Shown: in pieces, positions 11,601 through 24,282 of the stretch
How positions within the stretch are numbered: the first letter of the stretch is position 1
How the letters are laid out: every line of letters starts with the position of its first letter
From: Perkinsus chesapeaki ATCC PRA-425
Lineage: Eukaryota > Protista > Perkinsozoa
NCBI GenBank assembly: GCA_013115145.1
Contig: JAAPAO010000073.1
Location: forward strand, 1 to 64,000
Direction of reading: 5' to 3'
Length of the DNA: 64,000 nucleotides
Notes under the pieces: generated by a model
Database searches by the model: none
Told to the model about the DNA's origin: nothing
Seen by the model: only the letters and a program-made list of their open reading frames with translations
Position numbers and translations under genes: made by a program

Positions 11601-14600
11601 TGCTGAATCATGGGCACATATATGTGAGAGGCCTGACGAAGTTGTTTCTGAGCTCACCATTGAGATCCCTATCCTGCCGCAACCACATCCGCCTGTTAGA
11701 CAGGTTTTTAGTCTGGTGTACTTCCTGGCTCGAGTAGCCTTCGAGAACAACTATAGGGTCGGGACCAAAATCGCGGCATGTGTGCCGCTGTGTGGGGTAC
11801 ACTGTGGGATCGTACCTAAGCAACACTCGAACTATGGTCTGCGTGCGCGGAAATCATCCTCACAGTAAGTAGCATAGATATCCAGGTTCCACGAGCCCAT
11901 CATGAGAGCAACCGTCACCATCAACGAGATTCCCATCGGAGCAGCTCTCACCCAGACCGACGATTGAGAAGGGACGAGGTACCTAGCACATAATCCCCCT
12001 GGTTGGTGGAATGGGCGAGGGGTCAACCCCATGGACCGTAGGCCAACGACGCCTGGCTCCGGCTATCTCACCCTCGCTGAACCATCGGCCCCGATACTTC
12101 CCTTTTCCAATAGCCTGCGAACTCGCGATCGGCCCGAAGCTGAAACACCCCATAAAAGGAGATCTAGGCTATACTACAACTTGAAACCAGCTGCCACTTG
12201 CTGCTAAATGAGCAGTGTCAGTAACAACTTATTATACACGACACCGTTTCAAGAGGTTAACAGAAGTCGAGCCCACCTGAACGGTTGAATGCCATGAGAT
12301 AAGAACCCTCGGTAACTGTATTATCACCCAGCCATTGATACAGCTCTGAAGGAAACACATTGACAGCATGCTTATCGGGCTTAAGTATAGCTACCAGTAT
12401 AGTCTCCTAAGGTGTTAGTGATCGTGAAGGCGAGTTGACGATCGAGCTCCAGGATCCCGGCGAGCCAGACGTCCTTAGCGGTAGAGCTGCCGAGAAAGCA
12501 CATCAATGTCTCCTTCATTGTACGCATTAATAAATATTGCTCACCTTTCTCCGGTGGAGTTGATAACCAGTAGTATCGGAGGATTGCCCGCGATCTCTAG
12601 AGTAGCATTCTGGAGGCTGTCGGGCATAACGGTTCCTTGCATATCCACCCATATAAATATAGAACCTGGGAGCCCGGTGGCATGCAGTGGTGCTACCACT
12701 AAGATTGGCTGGAACAATTTACAGGAATTAAGTGGCTGTGTCTCGCATAAAGGCTTTCCGTGCACGGTGAGAGTCTCAATTCTTCCGACATCATGCGCAT
12801 CTCTAGAGAGTGTAACGGTTAAGCTGTGCCCTTGAGCACATACAGGCCTATTGTAGTATCTAAGGGCGGAGGGCAGTAACCGGATGGGCAGAGTAGGAAT
12901 GACTGTGGGGCTCATTGGGCGCTCTGGGCTTACACGTGACAACCGTAAGGGTCTAAGGCATGGATATCAATATCGTCTCCATCCCATTTGAGGGTGAACT
13001 GCTTCGTAAACTGCATCTGGGTTTGTCTACTGTAGAGGTGCTGGCAGAGAGAAGCTTTCTAGTTATAAATGAACGATTTCCCCACGGCATCAAGCTGCCC
13101 GCTATCCGCCGTTATATCTTCTCCATCTCGCATTAGGTCGTGAACGAAGGTCTTCGGCAGGAATTCTGGATGGTAAAGGTCGATCGCTAAAGCGCTAGCA
13201 GCCGGTGGAACTGCGCCTGCCAAACAGAAAATAATGGAAGACTGGGTCATGAAACATGCGAATGGCATCAACTTACACCACTCTCCGAACACATCGGTTT
13301 TGAGATTTTCCTCGCTCACTGAGGCACCCTCTCCGATGGTTATAGAGATAGTTACCTCTACGTTTGATAACCTCGAACCATTTACGGCCGAGAAAACCTG
13401 CCTATTAGCTCCCCATGGTGAACCAGTTCAGGAGAGTTACCGTGCCGCAGACGAACCTGACCTTCTCGCAAGGAGAACTTGCGACCGGTAACATTCCGTC
13501 GCTCATGATGTTGTATGTGGAGACGTAAGCCTGATAAAATTGCTTCCGGAAGTCCTCAAACTCTGTCATAGCCACCATGAGCTTGGTGATGCCGAGTTGC
13601 TTATGAGATTGGAACTTCGTGACATCCATTTTCGGGTATAGAGGAAGCCAGTAGAGTAGTCCTTCCGATAGTAACTCCTTCATATCGCTGGACGAGCCAG
13701 CTATGCGAAGGCTGGGAGAGCCGCCGAAAAGGTCACCAGAAAAAAGCTGAGGCGTGCTTACACAGTATTGCCGAAACATGGTCACTCACGATATAGCTGC
13801 CATTAGGTTGCATAATAAAATCAGCATCCACTCCGAGAAGCCCACTTGATACAGCAACTACTGCGCACAATATGCCCGCCTCGTCATCGCCATAGTCCAC
13901 GGATATCTAAGGGCTGCCTCATCTTGGGGATTTCGTATAGTCTTAGATAGGCAGTACTCACTTGAAGTGCCCTGGCTTGGTGCCCTAACCGCAACGGCTC
14001 GATTTCTCCGCCGCCAAGACGAGCCGTGAGCCTTACAGCTGGCATTTTTTCCTTGACATGTATCTTCATGTAATACTCGTCCACAATTCTTCCTGAAGCA
14101 CTTAAACGAACCAGTACCTACAGTAGGGACCGCTGCCAAGAGTCGCACCTCAGTAAGCCTGCGTAATAGATGGTAACATCTACAAAGGCGTAGTATTACT
14201 AATACTTCAGGAAACCCACTACTAATACTGTATTAGTAGTGAGTTTCCCCAAGTTCAATCTGTGAACGAAACATTAACTGAACCCTCGCTACTTCACCTC
14301 GTCGGTTCCCCCTCGCCAATCGGCCACGTAACTTAGATGGCGTGCGAGCTCTCCTATAGCGAAGCCCGGGCCACTGACGGCGATTGCTGAAATAGCCGGC
14401 TCTCCGCTAAGAAGGGCCGACAATGGCCCTTGTCCTGTCGCTGGGGTATTATGTGGTTCCAGCAATGTTATATTATAAACCTGCAGGCCAAAGGAGCTAA
14501 GTATGAGAAAAATCGGTCCTACACGCCAGGTCTGACCGCGGTAGCCCTCATCTGAAGGGCCTGTCTGTAGCGACGCTGCAACTTGATCCGGACACCACGG

Positions 14601-17259
14601 AGGGCCGGACACCATGTCTCGAGGGCGTATCTGACTCAACGCGTTACTATTGCACTGACGCTCCTGCGGCTTGAGTGAGATCGTACCGATGCTTCCCTTA
14701 GCTTCAGGTTGTACACAGATCCAGCTTTTAGCTCAGATTGGGCGGTTATAATGATCTCATCTCTGCTATGACGGGAGTTTATGGCCGCCGTTACAGCCAC
14801 CTGGCAATAAAGGTACATTCAAGTCTGGTAAGCTCCTCTTTTGATACTGTTGCGTACGCGGTGGGACTTCGTGGAGGGTTCGTCGGACACGGCTTCCCAG
14901 TACCCATGATCGGCCAAGCTACTGTCAACCGTAACTTCCCAATCAAACCCGAGTGTTATTGTGAACGCTTTTAGCTCAGGTGGACGTACACCGGAGAGCT
15001 TGTTCCCAGGGATGCGTAGGACGCGGAGGCAGTGTCTATGGGAATACGCTTGCCTTTGGGAGGTAGGATATTCAGAGTGTTATTAAGAGGCACCAGCGGT
15101 AACGGTACGGAATTTCATGCGCACCTCGGAGAGAGGTGAGAGGCGGTATCGTCAGAGAGGAATTGGATATATCTGATAGAGCCCTCCGGAACGGTTGGCA
15201 AAGTGAGTCGACCCATTGCTGCAGAAATCTGAACGGATCTTCAAGTAAGAACCCCAGTGGTGATATCTGGGCAAGTGCTCACAGTGAGAGTGACCAGTTG
15301 TTCTCTGGTCGAAGGCACTGAGAAGTAGGGCAGGGTCGGGCAGCTGAGTTGGATCATTGTGGTGTAGACCTGATAGTATCATGGCTCGCATTCACGTGCA
15401 TTAGGTATCGACTTCAGGGAAGTTTTCCACGCAATGCCTGTAGGTTGTCTCAGATACCCTTCGAGCCACTGCGAAGTATAAGTACCGGAGCTTACCTCGA
15501 GCTCAATATCAGACACTAATTTAGCAGGTGTGCTGGGACATTCTATGGCGACATCGACAACGACTGGACAACCATTTGGAATGACATTCCGAGCCAGCGA
15601 TTCGTTCAAAGGAACAGAGCATCTCGCACGCCTGTCACCTGAGACAGATGTCACGGATTCTAGATGCGATTCCTCCAACTCACAGGATTGGGAAAACGTA
15701 TTGGTTACATCTAGCTCTGTCCCTATGCAGCTGACGTCACTCGCATTGGTCTGTATACTGTCACCCTGAGCCTTGGCATTGAGTACTCCAAAATATAACT
15801 CGCCTCGCTCACTCCTTGATGAAAACCCTTCATAGTCGCGTGGAGTATAGTCATACCAGCCTCCTCGATACAGACCGTTGATCCAAACCCACCGGTGGTC
15901 ATGATAGATTCTGTACCTACAGTGAGGATACATGTTCACAGCATGTGGGGCCTACATAGACCGGTGTAGGTGGATGAGCCCACCCAAATGCTACTAGCAT
16001 TGCAGCCTCTCAGTACGAGCTGAGTCTCTAGGTTATGGTCGGTTACGTGTGTGAGACATAGGCCTGTTAGAAATGTCAAACAAGCGAACTGCGGGCAATT
16101 GCACCGGAATGCGATGCTGGAGCTAAGAGGCATCCTCTGGTACATCCACCTTGAAGAGTGTCTATAACCTAGAGTTGCTGCTGCATCTAGCACCACAACG
16201 ACTTAACGTTACTTTGAATTCACTGCAAGCTATCCGGCTTGAAGTTACCTCGGCCTTGAGGACGGTGTCTGTTAGGGCTAGGCAACCATCGCCTGAGTAA
16301 GATACCATGTGATTGCATAGCGGGGTCGTGTCCCTGTACCGAAAGACGAATCACCACTTTTCACTTGGAGAGTAACGCCATCATCACCAGCATCAAACGA
16401 CCGATCGTTCAGATCTATTCCCAGCGTGAGAGATTCAGTTCCTGAAGAATGAGCCCGTCTTATATCTTTGATTAAAGAGGCTTTCAGGCCCCCACCATTG
16501 ACGTGAATTTCAAGTTCTGCTTGAGTGCGATCTAGCGTTGCCCCTGTGTAGCCATAGCCCGGAGCTAATAGGTCTTCATCAGCGTTCAACAAAAGTACTG
16601 TAGCTGCAGCTTTTTCTTCGACTTCACCGGCTGCATGCATCCACTAGGTATTCAATCGTCCATTGCGACATCTTACATTCGTCTCCGCACCCAAAGGAGA
16701 CCGTGTCTTCACCGACGAATGCATCCATGTCACTAGGCCGAAGAAAGGCTAGTTCCAAAAGGTTGAGTATCTACTAGATACTGAATCTAGGAACTATATA
16801 CTATCTAGTATTGGCTAGATCAGAGCTGACCCTGTGCTGGCGGCATGGAGATTCCCCGGTAGGAGTGTTCCGGGAGCTGGAGCGAGCTATTACTTCTTCA
16901 CGTGATTCCGGCTCTAATAGACTGTTGTTGTAACTCCACTCGGTTGAGCCGCCTTCTTTCGTAGCTTGAGCGAAGGCACAGTGACTGCAGCTCACCTGGA
17001 GCGACAGCTCTCCGGAAACTGAACTGCGAAGAGGTGGTGACACCTTAATGCTCGAGCAGCTCGAGAATGTGACTGTGTCGTTGAGGATCTCTGATAAACG
17101 AATCCCACTGAGGGAATTGCGCGACGTAAAGTGGACTCCACCAACTGCCTGTTTTGGAGTTGGTCCCTTGTCTAGAATGAGTATTGGCGGCAGATCCCCA
17201 CCAGAGACCGCGGCGAGGGTAGCGAACAAAAGTAGCATTAATAAGCTGAGGCACCGCAT
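8611..17259 (-). CDS. Very large secreted/surface adhesin-like protein (signal peptide, cadherin/Ig-like segment, NIDO-like domain, LamG domain, about 5 myxococcal Cys-rich repeats)
   Basis: Signal peptide MRCLSLLMLLLFATLAAVSG at 17259. PSDMDAFVGEDTVSF is cadherin-like. YVSANGFVTFS...ISVFWTDID...VVTWVNV...TFQ...DGSGDI is NIDO-like. MEMWLKL...TGTWYHL is LamG. CGDG..E.CDDGN..GDGCS..C repeats lie at 8660-9650. The 3' end is uncertain (a possible extra exon near 8500-8600). Confidence 0.7.
14210..14248. repeat. 19-bp-arm inverted repeat inside an unusually long intron
   Basis: ggaaacccactactaatac-t-gtattagtagtgagtttcc (1 mismatch). Confidence 0.85.
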
Positions 17260-17332
17260 GGTAAGCAACTTGCCAACTCAACGAATGCCACACACGTACA
17301 CATAACACAAGTTTCATACTGCAATACAGTAT

Positions 17333-17390
17333 GAGAAAAACGTTTTAGTTAATATGCAGTTATTGCGTATTAACTAAAACCGTTTTTCTC
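17333..17390. repeat. Near-perfect inverted repeat (~26-bp arms) just upstream of the adhesin start
   Basis: gagaaaaacgttttagttaatatgca-gttat-tgcgtattaactaaaaccgtttttctc. Confidence 0.85.
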
Positions 17391-18662
17391 CGTTACAGCT
17401 CGAGTTGCCTCAGTCGAACTACTCGACGGCGCTATAACTATCCGAATGACCTATGTACAAGGGGCTTGGATGATCCTTCGAGAAGGGATGGGGTAGCCAA
17501 TGCTCGGATGCAGTGCCCCGACATCGTCACCACTACAATCTGCTATCTGTCGACGCCCGGCGTCGAAGCTCTACAAGTTATCCAAACCTTGTCAAACAGG
17601 AGTAGGGTACTCAAGTACTGAGTCGCATTATCCGTCAGCGATGGCCATTAAACCGTTATGTCTTCCGTTCGATTTGAAGTGATCACCAGGTTGCGCTAAC
17701 TGAGACACTAGCAATCATTCCTTTCACCCGCTGAATGCTGGTGGATCCACGTGAGGAATCCGTTCCGAGTTCCACCACTAGTTTGCCGAGCGAACTGAAT
17801 AAACGCCTAAAAGAATAGCTGAGATCGGAGCTCCACGGGGCCCGCACAAACCGCATTGGGCGCCAGGCGCTAATGGAGGCGCGCCGTCTCTCCATAGTAG
17901 TTACTCTCACCATGCTAAACCATGGTACACTGATGTTTTGTACTTCCTTCACAGTCATATCATTGGATACATGCCTCTTAGTTCAATTGTATATCCCAGT
18001 GATGGTGAAGTTATCCAGAATGCGAGGTGGTCTCCAAGAAACCTGGCTCCTGGAATCTTCTGTTATGAAGGCCAGCATAAGAGAGTGACCCACGGGGAGG
18101 GTAATGCCGAAGTGCCGTAGAGGACAACAAAGCGACACTAACACGAGAACAGCAAGGTAGACAGGCATCGAGCCTTGCAACAAAGCTTTGAAATGACGTG
18201 AAAAGGCTCGCCTCCAGTTCGGTTTGTTTTCTGTTGTCTATGAATAAACATATCAGTGGTTCTGTTACGCAGGAGTTGGCAGATACACAAAGTCGGCGCC
18301 CTGGAGCATACACTCACAATAAGTCACAAGTCATGTAGTAATGCTTGCTGAGCTTCTTTGTTAAACAAAGCATGTATTTCTGAGGGTGATTCATCGTAAG
18401 CGAGCGAGCTCTCATCGATTGCCGATAGAGTGGCATGGATCTACGAAAAATTAGAAGACTAAAAGAGACACGCACAAAGGAGACACGCTCCGCGCCAATG
18501 CATGTCACAGCGTCAAAGAAGGACGCCTGGCTGGGAGTTGCTGGGTGTCATATAGCTAGCATAGGTAACACTATTGGATTACCAACGTTGAACCTGAGGA
18601 GTCCAAGTCCCAGCTCGTCGCTTTTACTCTTGTACTGTAGTCTTCATACGCTGTCCCTCTCT

Positions 18663-20213
18663 ATGAGTCCCATTCATCACACTGTCGTCTTGGCTTCTTA
18701 CGCGGTAAGTAGCGTTGGACGGGATTTCGGCTCACCGCCTTCATACCATTCAAGATCAAACTTGGAGCCCGTACCTTCCACATGTCTCGAAGATATCAGT
18801 ACCCCCGATTTTGACTTGTAAGTACAAGGCGCTCAGACTGTCTCCGGGTGTCAACTGTTTCCCTTAGTGAGATCTGCATGCCGTCGCTCCTTAATCACAT
18901 GGTTATTGCGGCTGCGACGCCGACGATAAACGAGAAGCTCAAGAAGCTCGGGTAGGTCTTGGGCTGCAGATGAGTACGACTGCGTGATTGATGCTCATCA
19001 GGAAGGGTATCTCCGTGGACAGCTATTACACTGTAGAGCTCTACCACGTGAAGTTTTCAGACGCCGGTAAGCCCCATGCCACCTGAGCAATATTGTTATA
19101 ATTACTCCAGGTGCAACACACAAGAATCAGCTTCGTGTCATGCCGCAGAACTACACGGTCTATACGGTGATCGACGAACCAGGGCAAGACTACTCATCTG
19201 ACGGACCTCAATTCTCGGTCCGTGTTGTCGAGGAATTAGCAGAAGTATCAGCTGGCGCAAGCGTTGGAGAGCCACATGGTAGACAACTGGACGAAGATGG
19301 CATTATTGGAAGCGAGAAGTTCACCTTTACCCAGAAGGTTTCCTATTTTCTAAGCCTAGAAAGGAGATACTATCGTCATATCCCTCCAGGAGGAGATATC
19401 AAAGGTATAATTATTCAGTATCATGGTTGGAAGAAGACATGCGAGCAATGGGAGCCGATCTCTAATTTGACACCAGTTGCCGACAAGCATAACCTGATGT
19501 TGATACATGCATGCGCTTCTGACTATGGCTTCTATTCGAGCTTCTTCAAATCTATCCCTGGATGGAATGCGGGAGTGTGTTGTACGAAAAGGCAAGATAT
19601 TGATGATATTGATTACACAAGAACTATTCTCTCCAGAGAGAACAAGAAGAATTTACCGGTGTATGGTTATGGCTACAGCAATGGTGGTATGATGGTGGAA
19701 GCTCTACTCTGTCATAAGGTTATTGATATGGCTGTGTCAGTGAATGGTGTGTTAGCTCTCAACCCTGGTCTGCAGGGTTCCCTTAAGACATGTGATAATA
19801 TTTATCGTAAAGCGAGAAAGGTTATTGCTCCTCGTGTGGCCAGCATTCACTGTGTGGATGATGGTGTTGTGCCTTATAATGGTTCTTTGAATTTGAAATC
19901 CTACACGGAAAAGATCAAGTCGTACTTCACAACCAACCTTCTACCAAGAACCAATAAAGATATGCGGCGGTGGGCCAAGCGACTTGGATGCGAAAGGAAG
20001 GCAACTGAGAGAGAAGCAATCAACAACTCGACTAAGTTGAAGGAGTGGGTCTGCCCTGGGAGTAATAGAGTCGTCTCTGTCAAGAGGTTTAACTGTAGAG
20101 CCCATCGCAAAAGTCCCCACAAAGTCGTAAGAACACTCGATTTCGACCCTGCCGTATGGGCAGGCAATTTTTTCCTGGGAACCAATGAAGAACCTGGGAA
20201 ACTCCTGGTTTAG
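18663..20213 (+). CDS. Alpha/beta-hydrolase esterase, LpqC/PHB-depolymerase-like (paralog 2)
   Basis: GWNAGVCC, GYSNGG, IHCVDDGVVPYNG and SPH. Same upstream exon structure as paralog 1 (SEICMPSLLNHMVIAAATPTINEKLKKLG | KGISVDSYYTVELY...). Confidence 0.8.
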
Positions 20214-20252
20214 AGACAGTTGCTAGATCCTGGTTTAGAGACAGTTGCTAGA
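20203..20252. repeat. Perfect 25-bp tandem duplication overlapping the stop codon of esterase paralog 2
   Basis: tcctggtttagagacagttgctaga x2. Confidence 0.9.
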
Positions 20253-21796
20253 TCATATGATCGGAAACTCGTAGATTATTACCAAACCGCTTTTTACATA
20301 AACTTTTTTGCTCACGATCAAACTCGATGTAGACAATATCGGCTCGATGTCTACGATAAATCACTTATTGCGTTGGCTGATAGTGAATAGACCCCCGAAG
20401 GGCACCTCTAAGTTGGAGGTTTTAAATTAAAATCCAATAACTAAATCTAAGTGGCCTAACTTTTTAGAGCTTAATATGATCGCTGTAAGTCAAGGTAGGC
20501 TCTTGTCCAACACCTTAGATATATACGTGAGCGAAATCGACGAGTCCTACGACTCAACGGACTCGTCGGGGTACTCCTCGCTGCGTTACGCAGTCTGATG
20601 CGGACACCGGGTAAGGCTGCAGTTTAACAAGTAGGCAATTCCCCCGGTACACTGCATAGAGATTTAATCTAGCAAATTGGCATTCTCAATACCAGTGATC
20701 GACCGCAGCAGGAATCCGGAACCGCCGGATGTTGAATGAAGCTTTGCGCAGCCTTATACAGCTAACTAAATACCAAATTGCCGAAAGAAAACAGCCGGAT
20801 ATAAAAGCCTTACTTGTGATACTCCAAAGACATGAGCGTTTTAAACGCGAGGGACAGGGCAGAAGATCAGCGTTATGGAGCGGCTCACAGAAGGAAATGC
20901 TCTCGCAGAAGGCAGAAAGGGAACGTGCCACGAAGTACTGCGTATGCTTGCCAGAAAGTGAAAAAATACAATACCTAATCAGGTATGATACGCGGGGTGC
21001 AGCGTACGCGACAAAGACGGCATACATCCCATTACCGTAAGTAGCAAGCATACTCTTCGACAGAGAATCCCCATTGCCTGACTTCCAGTGATCACGGCAA
21101 GAAGCTCTCTGGTAGGCAACGTATAGTTTTACCACCAGGCTATTTCGGATAACTTCGCTGGCACGGTGGGCTTCAAAAAACGTACGTAGTCCTCAGGCTT
21201 AGATTACAACTCTGATCAGACTGAAGAGGAAGGGGAGATTCCTGCAACTCCCTCGTGCGGATCACGATTCCTCAGGGCGAGGTGCTTTCCTTAACGTAGC
21301 CCGGCCTACTGACATATAACATTCGTGAGGAGAGTGCCAACCGAAAGTGGGAGCGAAATCTCGGGAGCGTGTTATACGCGCTTCACCGTACGTATCGGTC
21401 GGTCGCAAACCAGGATTATTCGAGGTTCTTGGAGGTTGCAGGATCCGCCGAAGAAGCTCATAAGGCGGCACCTATTAGTTGAAAAGCCTGTCTGCGTCAT
21501 CGATACTACCCATCTTACACCAGTAGGTTTCCCTGCCTAACGTTTCTACACCAGCACCGCTTGAACTATGTTTCTCGTAGCGCTTCTGTTCCCACCGGAA
21601 CTTTCAGCCCACAAGGGGTGTTTCAACTTAGGCTGATGGCGCTCAAGTATTCGAGTTCTTGTCAAATATTCTTCTTTATCTACGAAAATCCACTAATACC
21701 GAGTGGACTCGCTTTGCGAGTATCCCAACCTTTGAATACAAGGCGGCAGTATCAGTGTCTATTCTGTAGGAGTCCTAGGTTTATTGGATACTCTCT

Positions 21797-23325
21797 ATGC
21801 GTCCGGCGGCCTTGTTGGCTTCATATGTGGTCATTAGCATTCATTTGCTACTAGCTTCACCGCCTCCTCATATTCCGAGACCTGACCTAAAGCCTATACC
21901 CGCGCAGTGTCTAGAAGGATTTAGGAGCCCACGATTTGACTAGTGAGGATGAAGGGACTACATTATACCACTTACTTTTACTCAGTGATACCTGTATGCC
22001 GCCGCTCCAGAATCAAATGGTCGTTGTGGCCGCAGCACAGACTATAAGGCAGATGCTCAAGAACCTCGGGTGAGCTAGTTGAAAGCCGTTGAGAGTTGTT
22101 ATGAAATAATCTTAATTGACAGGAAGGATGTAACGAGCATCACCTATTTTACAGTCGAGCTTTATCACGTGAGCTACTCGGACGCCGGTGAGTTCAAAAA
22201 GCTGAGGCTCATCAAATGGCTTGTTCTTACTCAGGTGCTACATACGAGAATCAACTCCGCGCTATGCCGCAGAACTACACCGTTCATACTGTAATTGACG
22301 AACCGAAGCAAGACTACTCATCTGAGAAGCCCCAACTTACAGTCCGTATTGCCGAGAAACTAACAGAACAAGTATCATCGGGAGCAAGGCTTGGACCGCC
22401 ACGTGATAAGAAATTGATTGAGGCCAGCATTCCTGGAAGTGAGAAGTTCACTTTTACCCAGAAGGTTTCCGACGATCTAAGCCTAGAAAGAAAATACTAT
22501 CGTCATATTCCCGCAGGAGGAGATATCAAAGGTATAATTATTCAGTATCATGGTTGGGGCGAAACTTGCGAAGAGTGGGAAGAGTACTCTAAGATGACAC
22601 TATTTGCCGACAAGCATGACCTTATTCTTATAACAGCTTGTGGCAGTGAGTATGGTTTTTATTCAAACTACTTCATACATGTACATGGATGGAATGCGGG
22701 AGTCTGTTGTATTCAAAGGCAAGATATTGATGATATTGATTACACAAGAACTATTCTCTCCAGAGAGAACAACAAGAATCTACCGGTGTATGGTTATGGC
22801 TACAGCAATGGTGGTATGATGGTGGAAGCTCTACTCTGTCATAAGGTCATTGATATGGCTGTGTCCGTAAATGCTGTTCTGGCCCTCAATCCTGGTCTAC
22901 AAGGTGCCCTGAAAACCTGTGATAATGCTTTTCTTGAAGGCTCTAGGCAGGTCGCTCCTCGAGTGGCCAGCATCCATTGCCTAGATGATGAAATTGTGCC
23001 TTATAATGGTTCCACCCCGCAGACTTTCCTCCAGACGTTGGCGTCATTCTTCACCGTCGATCTATTCCCGAGAACCAATAGAGATATAAGACGTTGGGCC
23101 AATCGAGTTGGTTGTGAGAAAAAGAAGACCCATAAAACAAGAATCAATGACTGGACTAGGTTGAAGGAGTGGATCTGTCCAGCCAGAGAGAGAGTTGTGT
23201 CCATCAAGAGGTTTAACTGCAGCTACCAAGGGGGCTTAGCCCACCAGGTGGTGAGAACACCCGATTTTGACCCCGCCGAATGGGCGGTTAATTTCTTCAT
23301 GGACGCCGGCGATCTGCGTGCTTAA
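21797..23325 (+). CDS. Alpha/beta-hydrolase esterase, LpqC/PHB-depolymerase-like (paralog 3)
   Basis: GWNAGVCC, GYSNGG, IHCLDDEIVPYNG and GGLAH. N-terminus MRPAALLASYVVISIHLLLA is signal-like, with the same small exons. Confidence 0.8.
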
Positions 23326-23658
23326 AAGAGCACAGGAGTAGCATCGGAGGAGTATAGTAATAAATACTCACCCTTCGACTAATGATGGTAAGCGGTCCAA
23401 GCAACCTTTATTGACACCTAATGTTGGCTTCTTTATCACTGCGTCGTCTCATTGTCAGTTCGAGATAGTCCTGATAGTCTTCCAATGTATTGCGTTGATA
23501 GTATACTTGAAACACGAATAATGTATAAAACAACCCACGAATCACACTTGATCAAACCGGGCTGAGTGCCTCACGTGATTCTCATTGCCACTGTCTGATG
23601 AGACACCGAAACCTTGTGTGAGCCCATACAGTTATATAGTTTTCACAATGTCTTATAA

Positions 23659-23759
23659 TGTCAACCGATTGTTGACACTAAGTATAAATTAAGCCTCATA
23701 GCGACAAGTTGTCGCTATGAGGCTTAATTTATATATGCGTTGTCGCCGACAACGCATAT
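23659..23759. repeat. Cluster of three adjacent palindromes (7-, 25- and 13-bp arms)
   Basis: tgtcaac-cgatt-gttgaca; tataaattaagcctcatagcgacaa-g-ttgtcgctatgaggcttaatttata (perfect); atatgcgttgtcg-c-cgacaacgcatat (perfect). Confidence 0.95.
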
Positions 23760-24282
23760 CACATTTCTACTTGAACGGCATACAACCCCCGGCCGAGGTG
23801 TCCCCAGAGATTGTTTTCCGAATAACTCCCGGTATTCAATGAGCAAGTATAGAAATATCGATGCGGTTGCTTATTAATCATCAGGATGAAGTACAATCAT
23901 CTCACACTCGCGAAATAAGGGCTTATTGCTTGTGCGTTGCGCAAGTGTCTAAAGCGTTTCGCAGCACCGTGAACATGCGTGCCGAATGGTTGTGCAACTC
24001 TCTCCAGCTCGCGATCTTGCCGAAAGGGACTATCTAATTTATTGTGGAGCCGAACTAGGCCATCGTTTGTAATCGGCTCATAAGAAGCCAACAGATAGAC
24101 ATTAGAGTGATGACCAATTGGCACTCCACGGTTTTCGCACTTAGCTGGGGATTGGAAGAGTGGTTCAAGGTCGCTCCATAGTGAGGCACTTCGACCTTAA
24201 CTAGGATGATCGTGCGTGCTAATTGGGCCCTGTGATCTCGGTCTCACATGAAACCCTGTTAGTATCCTAGCTCTTAAGCCTC

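Noticed and set aside
17420-18313. Possible additional minus-strand gene upstream of the adhesin
   Set aside because: Several short ORFs and splice-like sites, but no consistent model or motif. Left unannotated.
20686-21482. Retroelement integrase relic (KWERNLGSVLYALHRTY)
   Set aside because: Only a vague helix resemblance; no D,D35E residues, zinc finger, RT or LTRs found.
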